60,654 bases of DNA, filler included, from Sphingomonadaceae bacterium (GCA_050261575.1; 4 parts of 4 records of this genome joined end to end with filler, not necessarily neighbours in it); one strand, 5' to 3'; positions 18,527-29,791 are shown, counted from the first letter of the whole stretch. The notes: generated by a model from the sequence alone, not told the origin. Translations and numbers: made by a program.

Positions 18527-19996
18527 TCACATCCCCAGCGCCATCACGGCGGGGAAGTGCGGGAGCCCTAGGAACAGGCTGGGGAAGACGCCCATCTGAA
18601 GCGTGAGGAGCACTGCCACCACCAGCACCCCCGCTACCGCGCCGGCCGGCGCCTGGAGCACCACCGTGTCGGCGGGCTCCGCCATGTACATCGCCACCAC
18701 GACCTTCAGGTAGTAGTAGAAGGCCACCACGCTGGTGGCAACCCCCACGAGGGCGAGCCAGAGGTAGCCACCCTGAACCGCCGCACCGAAGACGTACAGC
18801 TTCGCCAGGAAACCGGCCGTGAAGGGCGCCCCGCCCAGCGACAGCATGAATACCGCCATCGCGGCGGCGAGCCACGGGCTTCGCTTCGCCAGGCCGGCAT
18901 AGTCGGAGAGGTCAAGCCTCTGCTCACGGCCCTCGCCCACCGCCACCATCACCGCGAAGGCGCCAAAGTTCATCACAGTGTAGGCAACCAGGTAGAAGAC
19001 CGCAGCATCGTTCCCGATGCCTCCTCCGGCCACCACAGCCATCGAGACGTATCCAGCGTGCGAGATGGCAGAGTACCCCAGGAGCCGCTTCAGGTTAGTC
19101 TGTACCACCGCTGCTACGTTGGCCACGATCACGGTGACTGCTGCCAGAACCGCCAGGATAGGCGCCCACTCGCCCTGCGCCGCGGGAAACGCCGTCACCA
19201 GCATCCGAAGGAGGGCGGCGAATACAGTCGCCTTCGTCCCCACCGCCATGTAGGCAGTAACTGGTGTCGGAGCCCCCTCGTACACGTCCGGCACCCACAT
19301 GTGGAACGGCACCAGCGACAGCTTGAACGCGAAGCCGGCCAGCACGAGACCCGCGCCGAGCAAGAGCATGGGGCTGGCACCCTCGGCCCGCTGGAGAGCC
19401 TTCGCGATGCCGGCGTAGTCCAGGGAGCCGGTTGCCCCGTAGACAAGGGCAGATCCGTAGATCAGGAGCCCCAGCGCGAAGGAGCCGAGCAGGAAGTACT
19501 TGAGGGCCGCCTCCTCGGAGGTAAGTCGAGTTCTCGCAAAGCCCGCGAGAACGTAGAGGGAGAGCGAGAGCAGCTCGAGCCCAACCAGCAGAGTGATGAG
19601 ATTCGAGGCACCCACCATCACCACCATGCCTGTGGCCCCGAAGAGCATCAGAGCATAGTACTCCGCGCGAGCAAGGCCGGAGCGCTCGACGTAGCTCGCC
19701 GACAGCGCAATCGCGAGCGCAGTAACGCCCACTGCGAGGAGGCTGAAGAACACGTAGAAGTCGTCCACCACGAGCATCTGGCTGAAGGCCGTTCGACGGC
19801 TGCCCCAAAGTGCCAAGGACACCACCGCCGCCACTGCCAGCCCGGCGAGGCAGAAGGCGGTGAGAAGCCTTCCGCCCTTCTCCTTAGCGAACAGCCCAAG
19901 CACGAGCACCGCCATCGCCACCACGCTCAAGACCAGGACGGGGGCGATGGCCGCCACGTCGATGCCCAGGGCAGAAACGTCCAGTTGCAAAGTCAC
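18527..19996 (-). CDS. nuoN: NADH-quinone oxidoreductase subunit N
   Basis: EAALKYFLLG, FKLSLVPFHMWVPDVYEGAP. Confidence 0.95.
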   Translation of the reverse strand: MTLQLDVSALGIDVAAIAPVLVLSVVAMAVLVLGLFAKEKGGRLLTAFCLAGLAVAAVVSLALWGSRRTAFSQMLVVDDFYVFFSLLAVGVTALAIALSASYVERSGLARAEYYALMLFGATGMVVMVGASNLITLLVGLELLSLSLYVLAGFARTRLTSEEAALKYFLLGSFALGLLIYGSALVYGATGSLDYAGIAKALQRAEGASPMLLLGAGLVLAGFAFKLSLVPFHMWVPDVYEGAPTPVTAYMAVGTKATVFAALLRMLVTAFPAAQGEWAPILAVLAAVTVIVANVAAVVQTNLKRLLGYSAISHAGYVSMAVVAGGGIGNDAAVFYLVAYTVMNFGAFAVMVAVGEGREQRLDLSDYAGLAKRSPWLAAAMAVFMLSLGGAPFTAGFLAKLYVFGAAVQGGYLWLALVGVATSVVAFYYYLKVVVAMYMAEPADTVVLQAPAGAVAGVLVVAVLLTLQMGVFPSLFLGLPHFPAVMALGM

Positions 19997-20002
19997 CTCC
20001 CG

Positions 20003-21547
20003 CTACCGACCCGGCTGGATTACCTGAAAGCTCCCCGACGGCGAACCGGACGAGACGACAGTCGCTCGATCCACGTGGGAGACGAGCACGCCGACCGAAG
20101 AATCGATCTTGCTGAGGAAGGTGCTGGGGAAGACCCCGATCCACACTATCATCACCACCAGCGGCAGCAGAGTCGCAATCTCCCGCGCCGAGAGATCTCC
20201 TGCCCCGGAGCCTGCACCGCAATCCGCCCCGTGCATCGTCCGCTGGAACATCCACACGAGGTAGATTGCCGCAAGCAGGACCCCGCTTGCCGCGGTCACC
20301 GCGACCACCGGCCACGATTGGAAAGCGCCCAGCAGGATCAGGAACTCCCCAACGAAACCATTGAGGCCGGGAAGCCCCACCGACGAGAACATTACGAGCG
20401 TGAAGAGGGCAGCCAGAACCGGCCAGCGAGAGGCGAGACCTCCGAGGCCGGATATGGCGGTCGTGCGGGTTCGCTCCGCCACCATGGCGGTCAGAATGAA
20501 CAGCCCACCTGTACTGAGGCTGTGGTTGACCATCTGAAGCGTGGCCCCCGATATGCCCTGATGGTTGAGGGAGAAGATGCCGATCACGATAAACGCCATG
20601 TGGGCGACACTGGAGTAGGCCACCAGCCGCACCACGTCCTTCTGGACCACCGCCACCAGCCCACCGTACACGACGCCGATCACGCCGAGGGCGAGGAAGA
20701 CCGGCGCCGCGGCCACCATCTGCTCTGGGAAGAGGGAGAGGCCGAACCTGAGGAAACCGTATGCCCCCACCTTCACCAACGTGGTCGCCAGCACCAGCAC
20801 CGCCGTGGGCGACTGCGTGTAGGCGTCGGGCAGCCAGGCGTGGAGCGGGAACACTGGCACCTTTATCGAGAAGGCGAGTGCGAAGGCGAGGAAGAACCAC
20901 ATCGCCAGCTCTGCCGGCGGCTTCACGGTGGACAACTGGGCCAGGTCGAAGCTGTACTGGCCGGTCTGCCCCTGGTACAGCACCGCGAGCCACACGATGG
21001 CCACCAGCATCAGCAGGCTGCCCACAGCCGTGTACAGGAAGAACTTGAGCGCTGCGTACACCCTCCTCTCGCCGCCACACACCCCGATCATCAGGTACAT
21101 CGGGACGAGCATCGCCTCCCAGAAGAGGAAGAACAGCACCAGGTCCAGCGCAACGAAGGCGCCGACGACGCCTGCCTCCAGCAGCAGCAGGAAGACGGCG
21201 TACTCCTTGGCCCGAGACCCCATCTCCCGCCAGGCGGCGAGGATGGCGATCGGAGTCAGGAAGGCCGTAAGCACCACCAGCAGCACGCTGATGCCGTCCA
21301 CACCGAGGTGATAGCTGATCCCCAGCGCGGGGAACCACGGGGCCTGCTCGACGAACTGCATCTCGGCGTCCCCGGACTGGAAGCCAACTAGCAGCCCCAC
21401 CGCGACCACCAGGTTCGCCAGGGAAACCAAAAGAGCCCAACCCTTCACCTGGCTCGTCCGCTCGCGGCTCAAGAAAGGCACTACCATGGCGCCGAGAACC
21501 GGCAGGATGATCAGGGTAGTCAGGATCGGGAAGGCGGCCATGTTCAT
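20003..21547 (-). CDS. nuoM: NADH-quinone oxidoreductase subunit M
   Basis: LGVDGIS, FWEAMLVPMY, KVPVFPLHAWLPDA; start MNMAAF. Confidence 0.95.
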   Translation of the reverse strand: MNMAAFPILTTLIILPVLGAMVVPFLSRERTSQVKGWALLVSLANLVVAVGLLVGFQSGDAEMQFVEQAPWFPALGISYHLGVDGISVLLVVLTAFLTPIAILAAWREMGSRAKEYAVFLLLLEAGVVGAFVALDLVLFFLFWEAMLVPMYLMIGVCGGERRVYAALKFFLYTAVGSLLMLVAIVWLAVLYQGQTGQYSFDLAQLSTVKPPAELAMWFFLAFALAFSIKVPVFPLHAWLPDAYTQSPTAVLVLATTLVKVGAYGFLRFGLSLFPEQMVAAAPVFLALGVIGVVYGGLVAVVQKDVVRLVAYSSVAHMAFIVIGIFSLNHQGISGATLQMVNHSLSTGGLFILTAMVAERTRTTAISGLGGLASRWPVLAALFTLVMFSSVGLPGLNGFVGEFLILLGAFQSWPVVAVTAASGVLLAAIYLVWMFQRTMHGADCGAGSGAGDLSAREIATLLPLVVMIVWIGVFPSTFLSKIDSSVGVLVSHVDRATVVSSGSPSGSFQVIQPGR

Positions 21548-23469
21548 CTTACGCCCCCCACCTGAAGAAGATAGAACACCACTAGTGTCACCCCGCCCAG
21601 AATGGCCAGGGCGTAGTCTCTCACGAAGCCGGTCTGAAGCCGGCGCAGCCCGAGCGCGGTGATCTGGATGGGCCGGGCGACCCCCCGGACGATCCCCTCG
21701 GTGATGAGGCCGTCCACACCGCCCGCGAGCCATTCGCCGGCCCTCCGGCCAGTCCGGACGAACAGAACGGAGTACAGTTCGTCGACGTAGTACTTGTTCA
21801 GCAGCAGCCGGTACACGTTGGGATACCACTCTCCGAGCGTCTTCGCCGTTCTGGGATAGGCCACGTAAACCAGGTAGGCCGCCAGGATGCCGGCTAGACC
21901 AACGGCTATCGACGCGAGCATCAGCGGCTCCTTGATTGCCTCGGCCCCCTCGACCATTGACACCGGATGGGTGTAGCGGTCGAACACCGGCTCAAGGAAG
22001 CGATCGATCGCCCCGGGTCCGCCGACGAATTGAACGTAGCCTCCCAAGGCTGCCAGCACCGTCAGGATACCCACGGGGACCACCATAGTGACCCCGGGCC
22101 TGTGCACGTGGTGCGCTACCGCGGGATCCACGTGGCTCGGCCCGTGGAAAGCCATGAAGAAGGCTCGGAAGACGTAGAAGCCGGTGAGTGCCACCGTCAC
22201 GAGGGCCAACACCCCCAGGACCGCACTGCCTCGCTCACTCGCGAAGGCGGCGAAGAGGATCTCGTCCTTGCTGAAGAAGCCCGACAGGAGTGGGAAGCCG
22301 GTCAGAGCGAGTCCACCCATCAGGAAGCCCAGGTACATGCTCGGCACGACCTTCCAGAGGCCGCCCATGCGGCGCAGGTCCTCCTCGCCCGCCAGGGCGT
22401 GGATCACTCCACCAGCCGCCATGAACAGCACGGCCTTGAAGAAGGCGTGGGTCATCAGATGGAACATGCCGGCCGCGTATGCCCCCACCCCAACTGCCAG
22501 GAACATGTAACCCAACTGGCTGATGGTGGAGTAGGCCAGTACCCGCTTGATGTTCGGCTGCACGAGGCCGATGGTGGCGGCGAAGAGGGCGCTCACCGCG
22601 CCGATGGCAGCCACGATAGCCATGGCCGTCGGGCTCAACTGGTAGAGAGGGTGCGCCCGCGCGATCAGGTAGACACCCGCGGTCACCATGGTAGCCGCGT
22701 GGATCAGCGCGCTGACCGGGGTGGGGCCCGCCATGGCATCCGGCAACCAGACGTGCAGCGGCAGTTGGGCCGACTTGGCAGCCGCGCCGACCAGCAGCAG
22801 CACCACGATGGCCGTGGCCAACGGCCCGTCGAAGGCCAGCCTCTCGGAAGCCTGGGCGAAGACGCCTCCGTAGTCCAGCCGGCCGAAGGTGATGAAGATG
22901 AGGAACGTGGCAAGCAGGAGGCCCACATCCCCGATGGTGTTGGTCACGAATGCCTTGGTGCCGGCGGATGCGTTCTCCGGCTTCTGGAACCAGAAGGCGA
23001 TCAGGGCGTACGAACTGAAGCCCACTCCGCCCCAGCCCACTATCAGCAACAGGAAGTTGCCGGCCAGCACCAGCGTCAGCATCGCCAGCACGAAGAGGTT
23101 CATCAGGGCGAAGAAGCGACCGTACCCCGGATCCCCATGCATGTAGCCGATGGCGTACACGTGGATCAGGAACCCAACGCCCGTGATTATCAGGACCATC
23201 ATGACGGAGAGGGGGTCCAGCAGCAGGTTGAATGGCACCGACAGGCTGCCGGCCACGATCCAGCTCCACAGCGGCAAATCGACCGCCCTGGACTCCGCTG
23301 GCAGCGCCACCATCTCGAGGAACACCGCGAGGCCCACCACGAAAGAGAGTCCCACGGCTGCGCTTCCCACGACGCCACACGACCGGTGACTCAGCTTCCG
23401 CCCCACCAAGGAGCTGTAGAGGAACCCCAGCGCCGGAGAGAGTAGTATCAGCCAGGCATTGCTCAACAA
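21544..23469 (-). CDS. nuoL: NADH-quinone oxidoreductase subunit L
   Basis: KSAQLPLHVWLPDAMAGPTPVSALIHAATMV, THAFFKA. Confidence 0.96.
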   Translation of the reverse strand: MLSNAWLILLSPALGFLYSSLVGRKLSHRSCGVVGSAAVGLSFVVGLAVFLEMVALPAESRAVDLPLWSWIVAGSLSVPFNLLLDPLSVMMVLIITGVGFLIHVYAIGYMHGDPGYGRFFALMNLFVLAMLTLVLAGNFLLLIVGWGGVGFSSYALIAFWFQKPENASAGTKAFVTNTIGDVGLLLATFLIFITFGRLDYGGVFAQASERLAFDGPLATAIVVLLLVGAAAKSAQLPLHVWLPDAMAGPTPVSALIHAATMVTAGVYLIARAHPLYQLSPTAMAIVAAIGAVSALFAATIGLVQPNIKRVLAYSTISQLGYMFLAVGVGAYAAGMFHLMTHAFFKAVLFMAAGGVIHALAGEEDLRRMGGLWKVVPSMYLGFLMGGLALTGFPLLSGFFSKDEILFAAFASERGSAVLGVLALVTVALTGFYVFRAFFMAFHGPSHVDPAVAHHVHRPGVTMVVPVGILTVLAALGGYVQFVGGPGAIDRFLEPVFDRYTHPVSMVEGAEAIKEPLMLASIAVGLAGILAAYLVYVAYPRTAKTLGEWYPNVYRLLLNKYYVDELYSVLFVRTGRRAGEWLAGGVDGLITEGIVRGVARPIQITALGLRRLQTGFVRDYALAILGGVTLVVFYLLQVGGVR

Positions 23470-23476
23470 GAGGATC

Positions 23477-23782
23477 TCACCCCTTCAGAGTACTGACCTC
23501 GTCCACGTCGACGTTGGCCCTGATTCGAAAGATGGAGGAGATGATGGCCAGCCCCACCACTACCTCTGCGGCGGCCATCGTCATCACGAAGAAGGCCACC
23601 ACCTGTCCTCCGACCGAGCCGAAGCTGTAGGCAAAGGCCACGAAGGCCAGGTTCGCAGCGTTCAGCATCAACTCGATCGACATGAACATGACCAGGGGAT
23701 TCTTTCTAACCAGCACCCCCGCGATGCCGATGGTAAACAGGATCGCACTCAGTATCAGGTAGTAGTTGAGCGGAGCAATCAT
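23477..23782 (-). CDS. nuoK: NADH-quinone oxidoreductase subunit K
   Basis: [20 protein letters not shown]. Confidence 0.95.
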   Translation of the reverse strand: MIAPLNYYLILSAILFTIGIAGVLVRKNPLVMFMSIELMLNAANLAFVAFAYSFGSVGGQVVAFFVMTMAAAEVVVGLAIISSIFRIRANVDVDEVSTLKG

Positions 23783-23796
23783 GCATTAGCCTCGTA

Positions 23797-23874
23797 TTCC
23801 CCCTCCCTCCGGGAGAGGGTGCCACTTCTCTCCTCTCCCTCTGGGAGAGGCCGCCCGAAGGGCGGGTGAGGGCC
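23797..23874. repeat. REP-like palindromic element in the nuoJ-nuoK spacer
   Basis: CCTCTCCCTCTGGGAGAGG..GGGTGAGGG-type hairpins, duplicated. Confidence 0.55.
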
Positions 23875-23875
23875 G

Positions 23876-24379
23876 CTACGCCCTCCGTTTGCCCAGAACC
23901 AGGGCAGCCACCATCGCCACCAACAGCAAGAGCGACGTCAGCTCGAACGGCAACAGGTATCGAGTGAACAACTCAGCTCCCAGGGCCACCAGGTTCCCCC
24001 CGTCGGCCATCCCTTGAGAGGCCGTGGGAGCCACGGCTGCGGGCGACCGCACGATCATCAGGGAAGCCCCCACCAGGAATACCAGCGCAAGCAGGACGGC
24101 GACGGGCAATCTATTGAGGATGCGATTCGGCCCTTCCTCGCGGGTCGGCGTGAGCATGGTAATCACGAAGAGGAACAGCACCATGATCGCACCCGCGTAG
24201 ACCGTGATCTGCACCACCGCCAGGAACTCGGCCGCCAGGCTCAGATAGAGCATCGCCACGCAGAATAGGTGAGCCACCATGAACAGGGCGCCGTGCACCG
24301 TGTTCCGGCTGACGATCACCGCGAGGGCGAAGAGAACCGCCAGGACGGCGAGAGACGCAAAGTAGACGATTTCCATCAC
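23876..24379 (-). CDS. nuoJ: NADH-quinone oxidoreductase subunit J
   Basis: [35 protein letters not shown]. Confidence 0.95.
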   Translation of the reverse strand: MMEIVYFASLAVLAVLFALAVIVSRNTVHGALFMVAHLFCVAMLYLSLAAEFLAVVQITVYAGAIMVLFLFVITMLTPTREEGPNRILNRLPVAVLLALVFLVGASLMIVRSPAAVAPTASQGMADGGNLVALGAELFTRYLLPFELTSLLLLVAMVAALVLGKRRA

Positions 24380-24897
24380 TTCAGCTCTTCCTGTTTCAGG
24401 GGCAGGCTTCTAACGCCCACGGGAGCCTCGCCATGCCCGGCCGTCGGAGGAACCAGCAGCCGCTCCTTGGTGTAGATGAAGTCCTCGCGGTCGTCGTCTA
24501 TCAACTCGTACTCCTGCCCCAGCACGATCGCCTGGGTGGGGCATGCCTCCTCGCAGTACCCGCAAAAGATGCAGCGCAGCAGGTTGATCTCGTACCTCTT
24601 GGCGTAGCGCTCGCCGGGGGAGTGGCGCTCCTGCTCGGTGTTCTCCGCGGCCTCCACGTAGATGGCGCCGGCCGGACAGGCCGCCGCGCAGAGGGAGCAG
24701 CCGATGCAGCGCTCCAGCCCGTTGGCGTATCGGTGGAGGTTGTGGCGCCACCGCAGCCGCCGAGTGTCCGGACGCTTCTCCTCCGGGTACTGGAAGGTGG
24801 TCTTCGGCCTGAACAGGTATCTGAAGGTAATGCTGAGACCCTTGCCGATGCTCAGCAAGTCCTTGACGTCCTGGATTACTCCGCCTCTGCTAGCCAT
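24376..24897 (-). CDS. nuoI: NADH-quinone oxidoreductase subunit I
   Basis: [12 protein letters not shown] and [12 protein letters not shown] 4Fe-4S motifs. Confidence 0.95.
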   Translation of the reverse strand: MASRGGVIQDVKDLLSIGKGLSITFRYLFRPKTTFQYPEEKRPDTRRLRWRHNLHRYANGLERCIGCSLCAAACPAGAIYVEAAENTEQERHSPGERYAKRYEINLLRCIFCGYCEEACPTQAIVLGQEYELIDDDREDFIYTKERLLVPPTAGHGEAPVGVRSLPLKQEELK

Positions 24898-25014
24898 GCA
24901 AACCCCATCCAAACTAAGGGGTGTCCAGCGGGGCGACGCCCCTGCTGGCGGGCGTGACGCCGTGCTCGCCCGCGTCGCGGGGATGTACCACATCCCCCAG
25001 ATTCCGCGTTCCCT

Positions 25015-26001
25015 CTATGACGAGACCGAAGTAGTGATAACCACCACCGTGGCCACCAGGTTGAGCAGGCTGACTGGCAGAATCACCTGCCAACCCAGCC
25101 GCATGAGCCGGTCGTAGCGCAGCCTAGGCAGAGTGGCCCTCAGCCAGACGTAGCCGAAGAGCAACACCGCCATCTTGGCGAAGAACCACCACACCCCATC
25201 AGCGACCGGCCCGTGATAGCTGCCCAGGAACAGGGTCGTGGCCACGGCACTGATGGTGACCATGCTCACGTACTCCGCCAGGTAGAACATGGCGAACTTC
25301 AGGCCGGAGTACTCGGTCATGTACCCCTGCACCAACTCCTGCTCCGCCTCAGGCAGGTCGAACGGCGGCCGGTTGTTCTCTGCGATGGCGCAGATGGTGT
25401 AGAGCAGGAATGCCAGCGGCTGGACCAACGCGATCGGCACAGCGGACTGGAATGCCACGATATCCGAGATCCTCAGCGATCCCACCGTAGCTACCACGCT
25501 CAGGATCGAGAGCCCCATCCCCAGTTCGTAGCTCACCATCTGGGCCGAGGAGCGCACCGAGCCGAGCAACGAGTACTTGCTGTTGGAGGACCACCCCGCC
25601 AGCACCACACCGTACACCCCAATGGAGGAGACGGCCAGGATCACCAGGACCCCCACGCCGACGTCCGCAACCTGCAAGTCCACAGGGTAGCCGAAGATGT
25701 TCAGCCGCGGACCCACCGGGATCACCGCGAAGGTCATCATCGAAGTCATGACGGCGATCACGGGAGCCAGCCAAAAGACGAATCTGTCAGCCCCTTCGGG
25801 TATCGCGTCCTCCTTGAACATCGCTTTCACCGCGTCGGCGATCGGCTGAAGGAGCCCCCAGGGCCCCACCCTGTTCGGGCCCACACGCGCCTGCATCCAG
25901 CCGAGTATCTTCCGCTCCGTCAGCGTCATGTAGGCGGCTGCGAGGATCAGTCCAAGGAAGACGATTATCGATTTGACCAGCGCGACCAGGATCTGCTCCA
26001 T
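25015..26001 (-). CDS. nuoH: NADH-quinone oxidoreductase subunit H
   Basis: ERK..Q.RVGPNRVGP.GLLQP.AD, NRPPFDLPEAEQEL. Confidence 0.96.
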   Translation of the reverse strand: MEQILVALVKSIIVFLGLILAAAYMTLTERKILGWMQARVGPNRVGPWGLLQPIADAVKAMFKEDAIPEGADRFVFWLAPVIAVMTSMMTFAVIPVGPRLNIFGYPVDLQVADVGVGVLVILAVSSIGVYGVVLAGWSSNSKYSLLGSVRSSAQMVSYELGMGLSILSVVATVGSLRISDIVAFQSAVPIALVQPLAFLLYTICAIAENNRPPFDLPEAEQELVQGYMTEYSGLKFAMFYLAEYVSMVTISAVATTLFLGSYHGPVADGVWWFFAKMAVLLFGYVWLRATLPRLRYDRLMRLGWQVILPVSLLNLVATVVVITTSVSS

Positions 26002-26007
26002 CCGACG

Positions 26008-28230
26008 CTAGGCTCCTGTCTCTTCGGCTCTCAGAGGCCCATACCACAGCTTCCGCTCGCGGCCGTTCCGCGACGCATCGACCTCCTCGATCCCCGGATA
26101 GTCCCACCGCTTGCCGCGGCTCCCCAGCCTGCTCCAGCCGAGCTTGCCGTAGAGCGGCACCGATGCGGCGATCTCGTCGAACACCTCGCTCGGCCGAGTG
26201 CAACTCCAGCCCGCTCCCAGTCCGCGGGCGATGTCGGATAGCACCTGCCAGTCGGGCCTCGCCTCGCCCGGGGGCGATACGGCGGCCTCGAGCCGCTGCA
26301 CACGCCGCTCCAGGTTGGTGAAACTGCCCTCCTTCTCGGCGAATGCGGCGCCCGGCAGCACCACGTCGGCAATCTCTGCCGTGGGCGTCATGAGGATATC
26401 CTGCACCACCAGGAGATCCAGCCGCGAGAGGGCATCCCGAACACGGTCGCCCCCCTGTCCGGCGAGATCCAGCCCCACCAGGTAGAGCGCCTTCAACCGT
26501 CCGGCAGCGGCGGCTTCCACCATCTGCAGACCGCTGAGGCCGGCCGGAATGGCCTCCTGCTGGCCCGGCAACAGCTTGGGCAGGATCCCCATGTCGATCG
26601 CACCCTGGGAGTTGCACTCGCTACTCAGGGGGAGGAGAGCGCCTGACCCCTCCAGAACTCCCAACGCCACCGCCAGACGGCCGCACGCCTCCTGCAGACC
26701 CGCGGGAGCCCCGGGGAGCGGCCGCGGGAAGAGTATCGCCGCACCTTGCGCGCCCACCAGCGCCCGAGCGATCCCCGCCAGGCTTTCGGGCGGCACCCCG
26801 GCGATCTCCTGGACCCTCTCGGGGGTGTACTCGGCCACGTCGCGGGCCAGGTCGCCGTATCGCTCGCCCAGCCGCGCCTCCGCCGCGTCGCCCACCAGCC
26901 CCTCCGACAGGATCAGCCGAAGCAGCCCGTTCACCACGGCTGCCTCGCTCCCCTCCGGCAGGATCAGCCATGGGCTGCTCAGCTTCGACAGGTCAGTCTC
27001 CCGCGCCCCCATTCCGATCAGGCGGGCGCCCTTCCGGGCCGCCTTCTTCAGCCGAAGATCCAGCACCGGCTGGTCCGTCAGAGGGTCGACTCCGGCCAGC
27101 AGTATCACCCGGGCCGTCTCCAATCCGGCTATGGACCCTATGGCGGCGTCCAGGCCCACCTCTGGGCGGCTGTAGGAGCCGTGGAGCCCGTGGTCGACGT
27201 TGTTGCTTCCCAGGACGGTCCGAAGCAGCTTCTGGAAGAGATACATCTCCTCGTTGGTGGCTCGCGGGGAGACCATCCCCCCGATGGACTCGCCGCCGGT
27301 CGAGAGGCTGATCTGCCGCAGCCGCCGCACTACGGTGTCCAGGGCATCGTCCCACGTCGAAGCCACCAGCTTGCCTCCCCTTCGCACGAGGGGGGTGACC
27401 AGCCGGCCGGGATCGTTGAGGAACTGGTAGGTGAAGCGGCCGCGGTCGCACAGCCAGCCGTCGTCCACCTCGCCGTTCTCCCTGGAAGTGAGCCGGAGGA
27501 CCACGTCGTTCCGCGATTCCACCTTGACGTTGCAGCCCACGCTGCACTGGCTGCACACGCTGGGGGCCTTCTTCAGTTCCCACGATCGGGCCTTGAAGCG
27601 GAACAGCGCGCTGGTCAGGGCGCCCACGGGGCAAAGCTCGATGGTGTTGCCCGAGAATGGCGAGTCGAAGCTTCGGCCCGGCATGACGCCGACGTAGCTC
27701 CTGGACCCGCGGCTGATCAGGGTCAGACTCTCATCCCCGGCAATCTCCCGCTGGAACCGGACACATCGGGTGCACATGATGCATCGCTCCCGATCCAGCA
27801 CGATCAGTTCGCTCAGCCGGATCGGCTTCTCGAAGTGCCGCTTCTCCTCACCGAAGCGCGACCTGTCCGAGGCGTACGTAAAGGTAGTGTCCTGGAGGGG
27901 ACACTCGCCACCCTTGTCGCAGACGGGGCAGTCCAGCGGGTGGTTGGTGAGCAGGAACTCCAGAACCCCCTTGCGGGCCTTCTCCACCGCCGGGGTGTTG
28001 GTCTTCACCACCATCCCATCGGTCACGGGCGTCGTGCAGGCCGTTTGCAGCCGAGGGACCTTCTCTATCTCCACCAGGCACATACGGCAGGCGCCCACCG
28101 GATGCATCTTCCCGTGGTAGCAGAAGACCGGAATCTCTATGCCCACCTGCTTGGCCGCGTCGACGACCAGCGTGCCCTTCGGCACCAGCGCCTCTCGGCC
28201 GTCGATCGTCACTCTTATCAAATCAGCCAA
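26008..28230 (-). CDS. nuoG: NADH-quinone oxidoreductase subunit G
   Basis: GACRMCLVE, HPLDCPVCDKGGECPLQD, CIMCTRC, N7-type CSQCSVGC; start TTG after GGAG. Confidence 0.93.
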   Translation of the reverse strand: MADLIRVTIDGREALVPKGTLVVDAAKQVGIEIPVFCYHGKMHPVGACRMCLVEIEKVPRLQTACTTPVTDGMVVKTNTPAVEKARKGVLEFLLTNHPLDCPVCDKGGECPLQDTTFTYASDRSRFGEEKRHFEKPIRLSELIVLDRERCIMCTRCVRFQREIAGDESLTLISRGSRSYVGVMPGRSFDSPFSGNTIELCPVGALTSALFRFKARSWELKKAPSVCSQCSVGCNVKVESRNDVVLRLTSRENGEVDDGWLCDRGRFTYQFLNDPGRLVTPLVRRGGKLVASTWDDALDTVVRRLRQISLSTGGESIGGMVSPRATNEEMYLFQKLLRTVLGSNNVDHGLHGSYSRPEVGLDAAIGSIAGLETARVILLAGVDPLTDQPVLDLRLKKAARKGARLIGMGARETDLSKLSSPWLILPEGSEAAVVNGLLRLILSEGLVGDAAEARLGERYGDLARDVAEYTPERVQEIAGVPPESLAGIARALVGAQGAAILFPRPLPGAPAGLQEACGRLAVALGVLEGSGALLPLSSECNSQGAIDMGILPKLLPGQQEAIPAGLSGLQMVEAAAAGRLKALYLVGLDLAGQGGDRVRDALSRLDLLVVQDILMTPTAEIADVVLPGAAFAEKEGSFTNLERRVQRLEAAVSPPGEARPDWQVLSDIARGLGAGWSCTRPSEVFDEIAASVPLYGKLGWSRLGSRGKRWDYPGIEEVDASRNGRERKLWYGPLRAEETGA

Positions 28231-28359
28231 CCTGCGCTCCCGTACGGTAGGTCCCGAGTCCTGATTCCCCGGCAGTCCTGCGCCCTGAGTCTCGAGTGGT
28301 TCCGGGAATGCCAGAGCCAACCACTCGGGACGCAGGACTCAGCGCTCGTGGCAAGATAC

Positions 28360-29655
28360 TCAGGACTCAGCACTCAGGGCTTTGTCTTCAACCATACATC
28401 GCCCATGCCGGATGTGGTGCTCGAACTCTTCCCGGAACAACCCGATCCCGCTCCTCACCGGGTTGGTCGCGGCGTCACCCAGTCCGCAGAGGGTTTTGCC
28501 TCCCGCGATGTTGTCGCAGATGTCCAGCAGGAGGTCGAGGTCGCCCTCCCTGCCCTGCCCGTGGACGATCCTGTGGAGGATCCCGCTCATCCAGCGAACC
28601 CCCTCCCGGCATGGGGTGCACTTCCCACACGACTCGTGCTCGTAGAACTCCACCATCCTGGCGACGGCGTGGGGTATGCAGACGGTCTCGTCCATCACGA
28701 TGACTGCGCCCGAGCCCAGCATCGATCCAGCCTGCGCCACCGAGTCGAAGTCCAGCTTTACGTCGAGTTTGTCCACACCGAACATGGGGGCAGAGGTGCC
28801 GCCGGGGATGAACGCCTTGAGGGCCCGGTCACCGATCAGCCCGCCGCCGTGCTCGTATATCAACTCCCGCGCGGTGGTCCCGAGCGGCAGTTCGTAGTTG
28901 CCAGGCCGGTTCACCCGTCCACTGAGGCAGTAGATCTTGGTCCCCGTGTTGCGCGGAGGTATCCCGATCGAGGCGTACCACTCGGCGCCGTTGTTCAGGA
29001 TATGGGGCACGTTGGAGAGGGTCTCCACGTTGTTGATCACCGTCGGTTTGCCGTACAGCCCCACCACCGCTGGGAAAGGCGGCCTGGACCTCGGCATAGG
29101 CCGGTTGCCCTCCAGCGACTCCAGCAGCGCAGTCTCCTCCCCGCAGATGTAGGCGCCCGCGCCTCTCGAGAGCACCAAGTCCAGCGAGAAGCCACTCCCC
29201 AGAATGTCCCGGCCCAGGTAGCCCCGCTCGTACGCCTGCGCGATGGCCCGCTCCAGCCGTCGCGCTGCGAACGCCAGCTCCCCTCGAATGTAGACGAACG
29301 CCTTGGATGCATCGAAGGCGTAGCAGGCGATGACGATCCCCTCGATCAACTGGTGCGGATCGTTCTCGACCAACTGCCGGTCCTTGAAGGTGCCGGGCTC
29401 GCTCTCGTCGCAGTTGCAGGCCAGGTAGCGCTGCAGCCCCGGATCCTTCGGCACGAAGCTCCACTTCATCCCCGCGGGGAACCCGGCGCCGCCCCGTCCC
29501 CGAAGCCCCGAAGCCTTCACGATCTCGATCACCTCGGCAGGCGAGTGCTCCCGCAGGGTCTTCTTCAGCCCCTCGTAGCCACCCCGAGCCTCGTAGACGT
29601 CGATCTCCCAGGAGTTGGGGATCCCCATATTGCGGAAAAGGATCTTCTCGGTCAC
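28360..29655 (-). CDS. nuoF: NADH-quinone oxidoreductase subunit F
   Basis: GRGGAGFPAGMKW, DESEPGTFKDR, GAYICGEETAL, CGKCTPCREG. Confidence 0.96.
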   Translation of the reverse strand: MTEKILFRNMGIPNSWEIDVYEARGGYEGLKKTLREHSPAEVIEIVKASGLRGRGGAGFPAGMKWSFVPKDPGLQRYLACNCDESEPGTFKDRQLVENDPHQLIEGIVIACYAFDASKAFVYIRGELAFAARRLERAIAQAYERGYLGRDILGSGFSLDLVLSRGAGAYICGEETALLESLEGNRPMPRSRPPFPAVVGLYGKPTVINNVETLSNVPHILNNGAEWYASIGIPPRNTGTKIYCLSGRVNRPGNYELPLGTTARELIYEHGGGLIGDRALKAFIPGGTSAPMFGVDKLDVKLDFDSVAQAGSMLGSGAVIVMDETVCIPHAVARMVEFYEHESCGKCTPCREGVRWMSGILHRIVHGQGREGDLDLLLDICDNIAGGKTLCGLGDAATNPVRSGIGLFREEFEHHIRHGRCMVEDKALSAES

Positions 29656-29791
29656 CGCTTTACGTCCTATCAGTGCTGAGAGCCCAATGCCGGGTGCCAA
29701 GTCCGAGTCCCCAGTGCTGAGTGCTGAGTCCTGGGTGCCGAGCGATCAGCCGCCGCCTTTCCAGAACCCCGAACCACTCAGGACGCAGGAC

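Noticed and set aside
19058..29679. Very long plus-strand ORFs (777, 492, 977 aa) opposite the nuo genes, and similar ones elsewhere
   Set aside because: Antisense shadow ORFs expected from high-GC codon bias; no recognisable motifs.
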